From: Saprospiraceae bacterium
Lineage (GTDB): Bacteria; Bacteroidota; Bacteroidia; Chitinophagales; Saprospiraceae
Assembly (NCBI GenBank): GCA_041749255.1
Contig: JBGTBR010000056.1
Location: forward strand, 38,621 to 102,620
Reading direction: 5' to 3'
Length of the DNA stretch: 64,000 bases
Each line of letters opens with the position of its first letter. Positions within the stretch are counted from its first letter, which is position 1. Under the pieces are notes generated by a model that was not told where the DNA came from, searched no databases, and worked only from the letters and a program-made list of their open reading frames with translations. The position numbers were made by a program, and so were the translations under genes. Below are positions 8,998-20,717 of this stretch, piece after piece.

Positions 8998-10896
8998 ATG
9001 ATGAGAAAAAAAATAAAAATTCATCAAGTCGAGGGTAAATCGCAAAGAAAATCTTCTTTAAAAGACAATACAAGATCTGGTTTTTTACCAAAATGGAATA
9101 ATAGTCAATGGATGTTATCATTGATCCTGATTCTTCTTCCATTTCTCATCTACTACAAGAGCATTTCATTTGGATATGTACTGGACGACAGTGTAGTTAT
9201 AACAGGTAATTCATTTACAAAAGAAGGATTGAAAGGCATTGGAAAAATTTTTTCGACAGAGAGTTTTACAGGGTATTTTGGCGAGCAAAAAGATTTGGTC
9301 CAAGGGGCCAGATATCGGCCTTTGTCTATTGCCAGTTTTGCTGTAGAATATGAAATATTTGGTGAAAACCCTCAAATAAGTCATTTCATCAACACCCTTT
9401 TATATGGTATTTTGGGTGTGGTATTATTTTACTGGCTTCATATACTGATGCTCCAAAAACCTTATCATTGGTTGTTAAATGTAGCTTTTATTGGAACATT
9501 GATCTTTATAGTTCATCCGATTCATACAGAAGCTGTCGCCAATATTAAGGGTCGGGATGAAATTATGGCTTTTTTATTTGGTGGGGGTGCCCTCATATTT
9601 TCAACACTTTGGCAATCAAAAAAAAATGTGAGTTTGGGTGTTGTAAGTGGCATATGTTTTTTCATGGCACTTATGGCTAAAGAAAATGCCATCACTTTGC
9701 TGGCGATAATTCCACTTTCCATGTATTTTTTTAGAAATACTTCTGTCATTACATCTTTGAAATTTGCAATCCCGGCTCTTTTGGCTACCATCATTTATTT
9801 ATGGATAAGATATGCGGTCATCGGTTACTTGTATAGTAGTGGTGAGAGCATTCAGGATATCATGAATAATCCATTTGTAGAAATGGATGGTAACCAGAAG
9901 TATGCAACTGTATTCTATACTTTATGGAAATACATCCAACTCTCTATCTATCCTCATCCCTTGTCTCACGATTATTACCCATATGCCATTTCGAAGCTAG
10001 AGTGGTCACATCCAGGTGCATATTTATCCCTTTTAACTTATATAGGATTATGCACGCTTGCTCTTTATGCTGTAGTACGGAGAAATAATAAGTGGTTTGG
10101 ATTAATTTTCTTTTTAATCACCTTGACCATTGTATCTAATCTGGTCATCAATATGGGTACATTTATGAATGAAAGATTCATTTTTATGCCCGTATTTGGG
10201 ATATGTACTCTTTTGGCTGTTTTTATAACTGAATTAATAGCAAAAAAAGATAAATTATGGGTATATCCAATCATTGGGTATTTTCTACTAAGCTCTATCC
10301 TGGTCGGGTATATCTATAAAACCATGAGCAGGGTTCCCGATTGGGAAAACGCATTAACCTTAAATAGATCTGCCGTAAAAGTTAATCCTGGCAGTGCCAG
10401 AGCCAACACCTTTATGTCTACTGCGTTATTTGAAATGTGGAAAGTTGAACCTGAGTCAGAAGAAAAATATCAATGGATGAAATTCGCTTATTATTATGCA
10501 GATCAATCGACTAAGATTCTGCCTAATTATAAAAATGGACACATCATGAAAGCAGGAACTGCAGCAGAATTATACAAGTTTGATAAGGATTTATCCAATC
10601 TACTTCAAGTATTTGGTGAGGTAGTCATTGCCAGACCTGATATAGGATATATTAAAGATTATCTTGAATACCTGGGAGGTCGAGTCCCGGAAGATATTTT
10701 GATACATTGGTATTTAGAAAATATTTACCAAAAATTAGCAGTTGATAAAAAATCGATTGATTACGCTTTGGTTTATCTGAATTTGGCACAAAAACAATTT
10801 CCTGGAAACCAACAAATTCAGGAGGCTTTAGCTAACTCATATCAATTGGCTGGTAACTTGCCAAAAGCACAACAAATAATGCAAAATCTTTATTAG
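8998..10896 (+). CDS. Polytopic membrane protein with C-terminal TPR; TMTC/PMT-like GT-C glycosyltransferase candidate
   Basis: YVLDDS and VHPIHTEAVANIKGRDEIM motifs (DUF1736-like), more than 10 hydrophobic helices, and a TPR-like tail. The ATG at 8998 is preferred over the upstream start at 8932. Confidence 0.6.
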   Translation: MMRKKIKIHQVEGKSQRKSSLKDNTRSGFLPKWNNSQWMLSLILILLPFLIYYKSISFGYVLDDSVVITGNSFTKEGLKGIGKIFSTESFTGYFGEQKDLVQGARYRPLSIASFAVEYEIFGENPQISHFINTLLYGILGVVLFYWLHILMLQKPYHWLLNVAFIGTLIFIVHPIHTEAVANIKGRDEIMAFLFGGGALIFSTLWQSKKNVSLGVVSGICFFMALMAKENAITLLAIIPLSMYFFRNTSVITSLKFAIPALLATIIYLWIRYAVIGYLYSSGESIQDIMNNPFVEMDGNQKYATVFYTLWKYIQLSIYPHPLSHDYYPYAISKLEWSHPGAYLSLLTYIGLCTLALYAVVRRNNKWFGLIFFLITLTIVSNLVINMGTFMNERFIFMPVFGICTLLAVFITELIAKKDKLWVYPIIGYFLLSSILVGYIYKTMSRVPDWENALTLNRSAVKVNPGSARANTFMSTALFEMWKVEPESEEKYQWMKFAYYYADQSTKILPNYKNGHIMKAGTAAELYKFDKDLSNLLQVFGEVVIARPDIGYIKDYLEYLGGRVPEDILIHWYLENIYQKLAVDKKSIDYALVYLNLAQKQFPGNQQIQEALANSYQLAGNLPKAQQIMQNLY

Positions 10897-10909
10897 TTGG
10901 AGTACAAAT

Positions 10910-12007
10910 ATGACAGAGGAGTTATTATATATTATTGCTTTAACAAAGGTAAAAAATGTGGGTCCCGTCACTGCCAGACAGTTAATCAGTCATTGTGGAG
11001 GTGTTAAGGAGATTTTTTCTTGCCCTGAAAAAGATATTCTCAGCATTCCGAATATAGGTCCTACCGTTTTCCGCGAACTAAAGTCATCTCACATATGGAA
11101 AGAAGCCGAAATAGAATTGCATTTTATCAATAAAAATGGTATTAGCCCACTATTCTTTCTTCAGGAAGGTTATCCCAGAAGGATGAAACAATTTGATGAT
11201 AGCCCTATCCTATTGTACTTTAAAGGAAAGGTCAATTTAAACCACTACAGAACTGTAGGCATTGTAGGAACCCGAACTCCTTCTGAATACGGTCGACTGA
11301 TGACGGAAAAAATCATAGAAGGACTCATCCCTTACAATCCGATTATAATCAGCGGAATGGCTTACGGAATTGATTCAATTGCCCATCGCAAAGCGGTTGA
11401 ATCAGGATTGGCCACCATTGGTATTTTGGGACATGGATTACATATTATGTATCCTCAATCCAATCGCGGATTAGCACAAAAAATGGTCGAAAATGGAGGT
11501 TTGATTACAGAATTTGGATGTTCCACCGGGCCGGATAAAGAAAACTTCCCGATGAGAAACAGGATTATTGCTACCATGAGTGATGCCCTGGTGGTCATTG
11601 AGTCAAAAGTAAAGGGAGGGTCTATGATCACTGCAAACTTTGCTAATCAATACTATAAAGATGTTTTTGCAGTACCGGGCAAAACGGATGATGAAAAATC
11701 GACTGGATGTAACAGGCTAATAAAAATACATAAAGCCGCTCTTATAGAATCCGCAGAAGATATTGTGTACATTATGAGGTGGGAACAACTGGATACTGAA
11801 AGAAGCAACCAAACTTCTTTATTTGTGGAATTAGATGATACTGAACAAAAAATCATTCAACTACTTAGGGAGAATAAAGAAATGACCATTGATACCTTAC
11901 ATTATAAATTGGACATGACCGTTTCGGAAGTTTCGGCTCTGTTGCTAAAGATGGAGTTTAAAGGGATCATATCCAGTTTGCCTGGAAAGAGATATGTCGC
12001 AAGCTGA
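10910..12007 (+). CDS. dprA: DNA-processing protein DprA
   Basis: VGIVGTRTPSEYG, SGMAYGIDSIAHRKA and GGSMITA motifs; 365 aa. Confidence 0.9.
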   Translation: MTEELLYIIALTKVKNVGPVTARQLISHCGGVKEIFSCPEKDILSIPNIGPTVFRELKSSHIWKEAEIELHFINKNGISPLFFLQEGYPRRMKQFDDSPILLYFKGKVNLNHYRTVGIVGTRTPSEYGRLMTEKIIEGLIPYNPIIISGMAYGIDSIAHRKAVESGLATIGILGHGLHIMYPQSNRGLAQKMVENGGLITEFGCSTGPDKENFPMRNRIIATMSDALVVIESKVKGGSMITANFANQYYKDVFAVPGKTDDEKSTGCNRLIKIHKAALIESAEDIVYIMRWEQLDTERSNQTSLFVELDDTEQKIIQLLRENKEMTIDTLHYKLDMTVSEVSALLLKMEFKGIISSLPGKRYVAS

Positions 12008-12246
12008 AAGGCAAAAACAGCATATTTTAAACTTCGTTCATTTATGGGTATTAAAAATCATGTTATAATATTATATAATATTTTATATTTTGTATTTCAG
12101 TTATTTATATCAAAATAGAAATATAATAAACCATTCCAAATGCTTAACATAAATTTATTATTAGTGTTAAATAATCATTTTTATCGGTTACTTTGAACTG
12201 TAAAAGCTTCATAATTCGTTATAAAGACTGTATAATAAATACTAAC

Positions 12247-12624
12247 ATGAGATTTTTCATAATTTTAAGCATTATTAGTACTGCTTTGGGTATTAAAGCC
12301 CAGGAAAATCAATTTTTTAATGCTATGAGAACGGGCAGTATTTCTGGTATTTCTCAATATTTGGACAATAAGGTGGAATTAAGTATTATAGATGATCATA
12401 ATATGTATTCTCGCAATCAAGCCATTCAAAAAATTAACTCCTGGCTAAATAAAAGTAATCCATCGTCTGTACAAAATTTACATGGCGGTGAATCCAACGA
12501 TAATTCTTCATTTTATCATGTGGCCAAACTCACTACAAGATCAGGACATTATCGTGTTTTTGTCTATTTTGAAAGGGGTGGAAATTCAGCGATCATCAAA
12601 AAAATTCAAATAGATCCTTTTTAA
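12247..12624 (+). CDS. Small secreted protein (DUF4783-like)
   Basis: A signal peptide starts at the ATG at 12247 (MRFFIILSIISTALGIKAQ). Size and layout fit DUF4783; the family call is from memory. Confidence 0.5.
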   Translation: MRFFIILSIISTALGIKAQENQFFNAMRTGSISGISQYLDNKVELSIIDDHNMYSRNQAIQKINSWLNKSNPSSVQNLHGGESNDNSSFYHVAKLTTRSGHYRVFVYFERGGNSAIIKKIQIDPF

Positions 12625-12694
12625 GGTGTATTCTGAGAACGTTTACATTTCTTTCTGCTAAACTTAAAGACCAGTTCGTGCTTTTACATGCATG

Positions 12695-13480
12695 CTACAA
12701 AAAATTTCGTTTGTTCTCCATTACACCCATACCAAATAATGCGAAATCATACTTTATAGGGTCATTCGGGTCTAATAATTGAAGTTGTTCTGTCAATTCA
12801 AGAACCGATTTCCAGTCTGCTTGTTTTCTTTGCAATAACCCAATATTTCTTGCAACTCTGCCTACATGAATATCCAAAGGGATTTTTAAATCCGCTGGAT
12901 GAATTTTATGCCACAATCCGAAATCAATTCCATTTTTGTCCTTTCTCACCATCCACCGAAGAAACATATTAATCCTCTTACAAGATGATTTTTTGAATGG
13001 TGCTGCAATGTGTTTACCAGTCCGTGCAAGAAAATCCGGTTGTGATATAAAAATCGAATGTAAACGATTGATCCCTTCCTCAACTATGTCGGTTTTATTT
13101 GTTGCAGGATGAATGAATACCTCCTCCAATGATTCATAAGATGAATAATAATTTTGGAAAAATGAAACCATACACAAGGCATCTGAACCATTAAATGTGC
13201 GATGGCTAAATTTTTCCAACTTCCTGCGTTCTTTGTCACTACTGTAGAGTATGAATTCAAGAGGAGAATGATCCATAATCTCACAAAGTTCAAGTGCTTT
13301 ATTTATAATCGTTTTCCTAAGCCCCCAGGATAGGATTGCTGTCCAGAATCCTATTATTTCTATATCCTGTAAAGATTTAAATCGGTGAGGTATGGATATT
13401 GGATCTCCCTCAATAAACGAGGGATTATTATACAATTCTACTTTTCCGTCCAGGAATTCCTTTAGGCGCGCTGCCTCCAA
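12695..13480 (-). CDS. TIGR02757 (DUF2400) family protein
   Basis: 261 aa with a TTG start 2 nt after the infB stop. The motif DIHVGRVARNIGLL is present. Confidence 0.65.
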   Translation of the reverse strand: MEAARLKEFLDGKVELYNNPSFIEGDPISIPHRFKSLQDIEIIGFWTAILSWGLRKTIINKALELCEIMDHSPLEFILYSSDKERRKLEKFSHRTFNGSDALCMVSFFQNYYSSYESLEEVFIHPATNKTDIVEEGINRLHSIFISQPDFLARTGKHIAAPFKKSSCKRINMFLRWMVRKDKNGIDFGLWHKIHPADLKIPLDIHVGRVARNIGLLQRKQADWKSVLELTEQLQLLDPNDPIKYDFALFGMGVMENKRNFL

Positions 13481-13482
13481 AC

Positions 13483-16230
13483 CTAAGAAAGTGTTTGTTT
13501 AGAAAGAGTTTGTTTCTTTTCAATAATTTCATAAACCTCTATAAAGTCTCCCACTTTTATATCGTTGAAGTTTTTCACTGTAAGCCCGCATTCCATTCCT
13601 GCTTTTACCTCTTTTGCATCATCTTTAAAGCGTTTTAAGGTACTGAGTTCAGCATTAGCACCTTCCTTTTGAGGATAAATGACTATACCATCCCGGATAA
13701 TACGAATAAGTGAATTTCTGGTGATTTTTCCTTCCTGGACAAAACATCCTGCCACAGTCCCTACTTTGCTGATCTTGTATACTTCACGCACTTCTACCAT
13801 ACCTAAAATATGCTCTTCTTTAGTAGGTTCAAGCATACCTTCCATAGCCATTTTAATTTCTTCTATTGCCTCGTATATGATCGAGTAGGTTTTGATTTGT
13901 ACTCCTTCTTTTTCAGCGAGATTTCTGGCTCCGAGTGATGGTCTTACCTGGAAACCAATGATGATGGCATCAGAAGCTGAAGCAAGTAAAACATCAGATT
14001 CGGCAATAGCTCCTACAGCTTTGTGTATCACGTTGACTTGTATTGATTCTACTGAAAGCTTTATTAGAGAATCGGCTAGTGCTTCTATTGAACCATCCAC
14101 ATCTCCTTTCACAATAAGGTTTAGTTCTTTAAAATTGCCAAGTGCAAGCCTTCTTCCAATTTCATCCAAGCTAATACGCTTACTGGCTCTATTGGTTTGT
14201 TCTCTTTCAATTTGCGCTCTTTTGGTAGCTATCTGTCTTGCTTCCTGATCGGAAGTTACCACTTTAAATTTTTCACCTGCCTGAGGTGCTCCACTTAAAC
14301 CCAGAACAAGGATGGGAGTAGAAGGTCCTGCCTTTTTCAGGCGTTTACCTTTTTCATTAAACATTGCCTTTATTCTGCCTGAATAGGCACCCGCTACCAA
14401 TGAGTCTCCTATATTCAGCGTTCCTCCCTGAACAAGGCACTTGGTTACATATCCTCTTCCTTTGTCCAAAGAAGCTTCAATTACTGTACCTACGGCTTGC
14501 TTATCAGGATTAGCTGTAAGTTCAAGAATTTCAGCCTCAAGGAGAAGCTTTTCCAAAAGGAGATCAATATTTAAACCGGATTTTGCAGATATATCCTGAG
14601 ACTGATACTTACCACCCCAAGATTCTACAAGAAGGTTCATGGAGGCCAGTTCCTGTTTGATCCTTTCCGGATCGGCTCCTTCTTTATCTATCTTATTTAT
14701 AGCGAACACTATGGGAACACCTGCAGCCTGAGCGTGGCTTATTGCCTCTTTCGTTTGGGGCATAATACGGTCATCAGCTGCAATAATTATTATAACTATA
14801 TCCGTAATTTTAGCACCTCTTGCCCGCATAGCTGTGAAGGCTTCATGACCAGGTGTATCCAGGAAGGTGATTTTTTTTGAATCAGGGCCTACTCTTACTT
14901 CATATGCTCCTATGTGCTGAGTAATACCACCAGCTTCCCCACCAGCTACATCGGTTTTCCTGATATAATCCAATAGAGATGTTTTACCATGGTCTACATG
15001 TCCCATTACAGTTACAATTGGTGCCCTTGGTTCAAGATCATCCGGATCATCTTTTACTTCAATTTCAACATCTACGTGATCTTCAGCACTAATAAACTCT
15101 ACTTCATGACCAAATTCTGTTGCCAATAATTCAATGACCTCAGCATCCAGTCTCTGATTTATTGAAACGATTACACCTAAATTCATACAAGTTGTAATAA
15201 CTTCAGAAACTGTGACATTAAGTACACTTGCTAATTCACTGACAGAAATAAATTCTGTAACTTTAATGGTTAAATCCTGGCTTTCAATATCTTTTAATTC
15301 CTGTTTTTCGCGTTTAACATCCCTGTTATCTCTTCTGATCTTTTGTCGCTTGTTTTTACTACCGCCAGAAATTCTGGCCATAGTAGCTTTTATCTTATCT
15401 TCAATTTCTTTTTGAGTGACTTCCTTTACTGCTTCTTCTCTCTTTCCTCCTTGTTTGCCAGATTGTTGCACATTGGCTGGAGCAACCTTTTTTCGCTTTC
15501 GTTTTCTCTTGGAAGCCTTTTGGGTTTCAGTTTCAGCTTTTTTTGGAGTATCAGCTTTGGGTGCCTCTTGTTTGACCTTTTTCTTTTCCGATTTGAATTG
15601 ATCTGTATCAATTTTTCCCATGATCTTCAACCCTTGCAACTGTGGGGTTTTGGCCCTCATCATTTCTTCTTCAAGTGGCTTTGAATCTGCTTTTTTTACA
15701 GGTTCTTCTTTAACCGGGGTTGGTTTTTCGGACTTGGGTGGAACAGTGACTTCAGGCTTTTCTACATCACTGATTTCTGCAGGTTTTTCTTCCTTTTTAT
15801 CTACTTTCTCCGTTTTTTCTATTTTATCTTCAATCTCAGGTTTTGGCTTTTCAAGGTCAATTTTTCCTACTACTTTCAACTGAGGTGATTCAATTTTTGC
15901 CCTGACCACTTCCTCTTGTTTAGGAGGTGGAGTTTGAATTACCGGAGTTTCTTTTTTTGTACGGTCTTCTCTATGGTACGTATCAACACCTGTAGATCGG
16001 GGAGTAGCTTCTTCTCTCGGTGATGAGCGACCCCCTATAGTCATTTTATCGGCTTTTTCTTTAATAGCCATGGAGTTGCTAAATTCTTTGAGCAGCTCAG
16101 AGTACATCTCATCACTAACTTTTGAAGTCGGTTTATTGTCAATTTCAAATCCTCTTCCCGTTAAGAAATCTACGATGGTAGAAGTCCCTACATTCAACTC
16201 TTTTGCTATTTTTACTAATCTTTGTGACAT
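13483..16230 (-). CDS. infB: Translation initiation factor IF-2
   Basis: GTPase motifs [17 protein letters not shown] and NKID. The N-terminal region is long and K/E/P-rich. Confidence 0.97.
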   Translation of the reverse strand: MSQRLVKIAKELNVGTSTIVDFLTGRGFEIDNKPTSKVSDEMYSELLKEFSNSMAIKEKADKMTIGGRSSPREEATPRSTGVDTYHREDRTKKETPVIQTPPPKQEEVVRAKIESPQLKVVGKIDLEKPKPEIEDKIEKTEKVDKKEEKPAEISDVEKPEVTVPPKSEKPTPVKEEPVKKADSKPLEEEMMRAKTPQLQGLKIMGKIDTDQFKSEKKKVKQEAPKADTPKKAETETQKASKRKRKRKKVAPANVQQSGKQGGKREEAVKEVTQKEIEDKIKATMARISGGSKNKRQKIRRDNRDVKREKQELKDIESQDLTIKVTEFISVSELASVLNVTVSEVITTCMNLGVIVSINQRLDAEVIELLATEFGHEVEFISAEDHVDVEIEVKDDPDDLEPRAPIVTVMGHVDHGKTSLLDYIRKTDVAGGEAGGITQHIGAYEVRVGPDSKKITFLDTPGHEAFTAMRARGAKITDIVIIIIAADDRIMPQTKEAISHAQAAGVPIVFAINKIDKEGADPERIKQELASMNLLVESWGGKYQSQDISAKSGLNIDLLLEKLLLEAEILELTANPDKQAVGTVIEASLDKGRGYVTKCLVQGGTLNIGDSLVAGAYSGRIKAMFNEKGKRLKKAGPSTPILVLGLSGAPQAGEKFKVVTSDQEARQIATKRAQIEREQTNRASKRISLDEIGRRLALGNFKELNLIVKGDVDGSIEALADSLIKLSVESIQVNVIHKAVGAIAESDVLLASASDAIIIGFQVRPSLGARNLAEKEGVQIKTYSIIYEAIEEIKMAMEGMLEPTKEEHILGMVEVREVYKISKVGTVAGCFVQEGKITRNSLIRIIRDGIVIYPQKEGANAELSTLKRFKDDAKEVKAGMECGLTVKNFNDIKVGDFIEVYEIIEKKQTLSKQTLS

Positions 16231-16273
16231 TCAGGCTTTTTAATTAAAAAATCACTCGCGAACTAGATTTGGA

Positions 16274-17512
16274 TTAATCCTCTTCAAATTCGGACGCTAA
16301 TATACTAATCACTTCATCAATAGTCTCCTCTTCCAGGTCTGTTCTTCTTATTAATTCTTCTTTGCTAAGCTGCAATACAGATCGGGCAGTATCACATCCA
16401 ATGTTTTTGAATGCGGTAATAATCCAATCTTCAATTTCATCTGAAAATTCATCCAAATCAACGTCTTCAATTTCAAATTCATCAGTTTCTCTGTAAACAT
16501 CTATTTCATAGCCGGTTAATCTACTGGCTAATTTGATGTTACTGCCACCTTTACCAATAGCCAGCGAAACCTGATCAGGTTTAAGAAATACAGCCGCCTT
16601 CATCTCTTCATTATCAAGTTGTATACTCGATACTTTTGCAGGTGTAAGAGATCTTTGTAAATAAAGAATGACATTATTTGTGAAATTGACAATATCAATA
16701 TTTTCATTTTTCAATTCTCTGACGATACCGTGTATTCTTGAACCTTTCATACCAACACAGGCACCTACAGGATCTATTCTGTCATCGTATGATTCTACTG
16801 CAACTTTTGCCCTTTCACCTGGTATCCTAACAATATTTTTTATTGTTATCAATCCATCTTCAATTTCAGGTACTTCCTGTTCTAATAGTTTCTCCAAAAA
16901 CTTATTATCTGTTCGTGAAAGGATGATTGCTGGAGAATTATTTCTCATTTCTACCTTCTTGATAACCGACCTAACCATGTCTCCTTTACGGAAAAAATCA
17001 CCTTTAATCATTTCGGTTCTGGGCAATATGAGTTCATTTCCCGTTACATCATCGAGAACTAAAATTTCTTTTTTTAATATTTGACCTACTTCTCCGAGTA
17101 CTATTTCTCCAATTCTATCCATATATCTCTTATAGATATCATCTTTTTCAAGTTCGCTCAATCTTGAAATCAATGTCTGTCTGGCTGCCATGATGGAACG
17201 TCGGCCAAACTCCTCTAAAAAAAGCTGCTGGAAACACTCTTCTCCAACTTCATAGTCTCCGTCAATAGCTTGTGCTTCCGATACCGATATTTGGCTGTTT
17301 TCGTCCAATACTTCACCATCGGGAACTATAGCCCTTACCCTCCACATTTCAAGGTCACCGTTTTGAGGATTTATGATCACATCAAAATTTTCATCAGATC
17401 CGTATTTCTTTCTGATTAATGTTCTGAAAACATCCTCCAAAACCCTTACCATGGTAGGCCTGTCAATACTCTTCCCAGCTTTAAATTCCGAAAATGATTC
17501 TACTAAGTTCAT
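16274..17512 (-). CDS. nusA: Transcription termination/antitermination factor NusA
   Basis: S1 and KH domain motifs (GACVGMKGSRI, AIGKGGSNIKLAS). It lies in the conserved order rimP-nusA-infB. Confidence 0.97.
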   Translation of the reverse strand: MNLVESFSEFKAGKSIDRPTMVRVLEDVFRTLIRKKYGSDENFDVIINPQNGDLEMWRVRAIVPDGEVLDENSQISVSEAQAIDGDYEVGEECFQQLFLEEFGRRSIMAARQTLISRLSELEKDDIYKRYMDRIGEIVLGEVGQILKKEILVLDDVTGNELILPRTEMIKGDFFRKGDMVRSVIKKVEMRNNSPAIILSRTDNKFLEKLLEQEVPEIEDGLITIKNIVRIPGERAKVAVESYDDRIDPVGACVGMKGSRIHGIVRELKNENIDIVNFTNNVILYLQRSLTPAKVSSIQLDNEEMKAAVFLKPDQVSLAIGKGGSNIKLASRLTGYEIDVYRETDEFEIEDVDLDEFSDEIEDWIITAFKNIGCDTARSVLQLSKEELIRRTDLEEETIDEVISILASEFEED

Positions 17513-17522
17513 ATGTTATTAA

Positions 17523-17993
17523 TTAAAAACTTATTTTAATTTTTGCTTGCTCAATATTTAAATAATCAATCGTCTCTTCCCTGACAATAGTTTCTTTTTT
17601 TGATCCTGTTTTTATTTTTTCCTCCCAACTAATGGAAATATTCTTATCATCTGCATATAACAATTTCCCTTTTAGGGTTTTGTTATCATTCATCTTTATT
17701 TCTATTTCCCTGCCTACATTCTTTTTATACTGTCTGGGAAATAATAAAGGTCTGCCAACACCAGCTGAGGAAACTTCTAATACATAATTTATTCCAAACC
17801 AACCTTCCTTATCGAATCTTTCTTCCAGATGGCGACTGATCTGTTTACACTTGGCAAATGTAACATCTTGATCACTATCTATAAAAATTTCAATTTTGGG
17901 AGAGTTTATATTAATATCTATCAAAAAACAATCTTCCAACCCGTTGTTTGTCAAATAGTCAGAGATGAAGCTACCTAATGTTTCTTTATCCAC
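17523..17993 (-). CDS. rimP: Ribosome maturation factor RimP
   Basis: 156 aa immediately upstream of nusA, with the motif LEVSSAGVGRPL. Confidence 0.9.
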   Translation of the reverse strand: MDKETLGSFISDYLTNNGLEDCFLIDININSPKIEIFIDSDQDVTFAKCKQISRHLEERFDKEGWFGINYVLEVSSAGVGRPLLFPRQYKKNVGREIEIKMNDNKTLKGKLLYADDKNISISWEEKIKTGSKKETIVREETIDYLNIEQAKIKISF

Positions 17994-18010
17994 TTTCCGA
18001 ATCTATATAA

Positions 18011-18037
18011 TTAAAAAAGGGAACCATTCGTTCCCCC
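18011..18037 (-). terminator. Intrinsic terminator downstream of rnr
   Basis: The minus strand reads GGGAAC-GAATG-GTTCCC followed by TTTTTT. Confidence 0.5.
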
Positions 18038-18134
18038 ATTCTACAATCCGCCGCAAATATAAACAATTTATAAGTATTAATTCATTTTTCCTTTAAGTAT
18101 ATAGTCAAATCCTTCGGTAATCTAAATCCAGGTA

Positions 18135-20291
18135 TTATATAAAAGACAATTCAATTTGACGCATCTCCAAATCTGCGTCTTTAATCAAAACATTTACTTT
18201 ATCTCCCATTTTTATCACTTTACCTGTACGTTGACCCTTTGCAAATAATCTTGACTCAGGAACCTTAAAGGGTTCATCAAAATCATCGAATGGAATCATC
18301 CCTTCTGCTAATGAAGGTAATAGTGCCACAAATACTCCTCGTTCTATTATACCCGAAATATAACCTTCCATTTTATCTCCGATGTGATTCCTTATGTATT
18401 CAACCTGTTTGTACTTTACTGATTCTCTTTCAGCTGAATTGGCTTTTCTTTCCTGATTTGAAATATGTTTGCATTTTAACTCCAATGTTTCCTTACCAAC
18501 TCTATAATCTTTTTTGAGATTCTCATTTAATATTCTATGTACGAGAACATCAGCATATCTTCGAATGGGAGAAGTAAAATGAGCATATTTTTCAAATGCC
18601 AGCCCATAATGACCGATATTGTTGGTTGAATACTCCGCCTTTGCCATTGTTCTAATGGCAAGGGGTTCCAATAATTTTAAATTTTGGTTCTCTGCAGCTT
18701 TCTCAGCTAGCAAATTAAATGACTTGGCTACCTGGCCAGGTGTATCCAACTCCATTTTAATACCCATTTCTTTGGCAAACAGAGCAAAATCCGCCAACTT
18801 CTGAGGATCGGGTTCATCGTGAATTCTATATACAAAAGGTATTTCAGTACCATGTTTTCTCGCTATAAATTCAGCCACTTTTCTATTGGCAAGCAACATA
18901 AATTCTTCTACCAATTTGTGCGCATCTTTTCTAACTTTTACATGTACAGAAACAGGTACATCATTTTCGTCTAATTCAAAATAAACTTCGTCCGATTCAA
19001 AAGCAATAGACCCAAATTCAAACCTTTTATCCCTTAGTTTGCCTGCAATCTTATTTAAAATAGAAAGTTCTTTGGCATAAGACCCTTGAGCAGTTTCCAT
19101 TGTTTCCTGAGCCTCCTCATAAGTAAACCTCTTATTGGAGTGGATAATTGATTTTCCAAACCAGGTCTTTTGCAATTTTCCTTCTTTGTTAAATATAAAT
19201 GTTCCGGAAAAAACAAGTTTGTCCTCATTGGGATTGAGAGAACACAGGTCATTTGATAGTTTCTCGGGCAACATAGGCACTACCCTGTCTACCAAATATA
19301 CTGAAGTGGATCTTTTTAATGCTTCTTTATCCAATGCACTTCCTTCTTTCACAAAATGTGTGACATCAGCTATATGAACTCCTATTTCAATATTCTCATT
19401 TTCAATAAATTCAATAGAAAGTGCATCATCAAAATCCTTAGCCGTAAGCGGATCAATGGTAAAGGTTAAGACATTTCTAAAATCCCTCCTCTCATTAACA
19501 TCCTTACTCGTAATGTTTCCTTCAATTTCTGAAACTTCATCTATAACTTCTATGGGAAATTCTATTTCAAATCCATTGGAAGCTATAATGCCCTGCATTG
19601 CAATTTCGTTTTCAGAAGACTTGTCAAGTATTCTGGTAATCCTGCCCCAGATTCCTTTATTCTGGCTCATACCCCAGTTAGTAATTTCTGCTATAACATA
19701 AGTCCCATTTTCAATTTCTTCCAACTCAGAGGTATTGATATGTACTTTGGGTGAACGATCATGTAATAAAGGAACCACCACTCCGTATCTTTCAAATATA
19801 TGTAAAGCCCCCATAACATGGGTATGCTTCCTTTTTATCACTTCCTTTATTTTTCCTTCAGGTTTTTTTCTACCGGGTGTTTTCCTCACTTCAACAATGA
19901 CGGTGTCTCCATCAAATGCTCCATTCGTATACCTGGAGGGTACATAAATATCTATTTCACTTTCTTCCGTTATGATGTATGCCGCACCTGATCTGGTCAT
20001 GTCAACAAAACCAGTATACGTAGTTACGTTTATCTCACCAGATGAATCTCCAGACACTACACTTCGATCCAGTCTGAATTTATTGTCTCCAGTCTCGTAT
20101 AGTAATCCTTCTCTATGAAGTTCATCCAGTATATTTTTTACAGCATTTACCGACGCCTCTAACTCCAATCTCTTAATGAGTTGCTTGGCGTTGTATCTTT
20201 TCTTGGGTTTATCAGTAAAAACGTTACGTATTTGCGCTTTCAAGTTATCCGGCTGATGCGTTTTTTGATTCCGGTTTCTTTTTTTGTTCAT
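18135..20291 (-). CDS. rnr: Ribonuclease R
   Basis: RNB-domain motifs (DPLTAKDFDDALS, HYGLAFEKYAHFTSPIRRYADVLVHR) and a C-terminal S1 domain. Confidence 0.95.
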   Translation of the reverse strand: MNKKRNRNQKTHQPDNLKAQIRNVFTDKPKKRYNAKQLIKRLELEASVNAVKNILDELHREGLLYETGDNKFRLDRSVVSGDSSGEINVTTYTGFVDMTRSGAAYIITEESEIDIYVPSRYTNGAFDGDTVIVEVRKTPGRKKPEGKIKEVIKRKHTHVMGALHIFERYGVVVPLLHDRSPKVHINTSELEEIENGTYVIAEITNWGMSQNKGIWGRITRILDKSSENEIAMQGIIASNGFEIEFPIEVIDEVSEIEGNITSKDVNERRDFRNVLTFTIDPLTAKDFDDALSIEFIENENIEIGVHIADVTHFVKEGSALDKEALKRSTSVYLVDRVVPMLPEKLSNDLCSLNPNEDKLVFSGTFIFNKEGKLQKTWFGKSIIHSNKRFTYEEAQETMETAQGSYAKELSILNKIAGKLRDKRFEFGSIAFESDEVYFELDENDVPVSVHVKVRKDAHKLVEEFMLLANRKVAEFIARKHGTEIPFVYRIHDEPDPQKLADFALFAKEMGIKMELDTPGQVAKSFNLLAEKAAENQNLKLLEPLAIRTMAKAEYSTNNIGHYGLAFEKYAHFTSPIRRYADVLVHRILNENLKKDYRVGKETLELKCKHISNQERKANSAERESVKYKQVEYIRNHIGDKMEGYISGIIERGVFVALLPSLAEGMIPFDDFDEPFKVPESRLFAKGQRTGKVIKMGDKVNVLIKDADLEMRQIELSFI

Positions 20292-20717
20292 GTTTTATGT
20301 ATTTCTGGCTCTATCTTCTCTTTTAATATATAAATTTTTCCATAATAATATAAGCAGTCTATAACTTTTCCAAAACCAATATGAGAAATATAATTTCTAC
20401 AATTTTATGGCTTATTGAGAAATTCTTATTGTTGGAAGATAGAACGGGAACAGTTAAATGTAAAAGTTTTCATTTCGTATAAGACAATAAACAAATTTAC
20501 AATTATATAGTTCGTGTTTGTTCTGCAATATTGCATTTTGACTTATACATGTTAAACTAACCTGATGACCTACTTTTGTTTTCCTTAAGTTCATTTTTTA
20601 CTTTAATATGAACACCCTTTACCAGAAAAGTAATTGGTTATAGAGTCATAAATGCTTCTATACAATTCAAAAGCTACATTTTAATAAATGCACCTTATTG
20701 GAAGAAACAAATCCATT

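Noticed and set aside
13679-15883. Multiple 61-118 aa ORFs antisense to or overlapping infB. Similar antisense ORFs lie inside sucA, rnr, nusA, cusA, susC and other genes.
   Set aside because: They lie wholly within strongly supported conserved genes, have low-complexity or S/L/F-rich translations, and carry no recognisable motifs.
20524-20535. Perfect 12-bp palindrome TGCAATATTGCA in the long rnr upstream spacer
   Set aside because: It is a single short AT-rich palindrome, plausible by chance in a 425-bp AT-rich spacer, with no second half-site or adjacent regulator.
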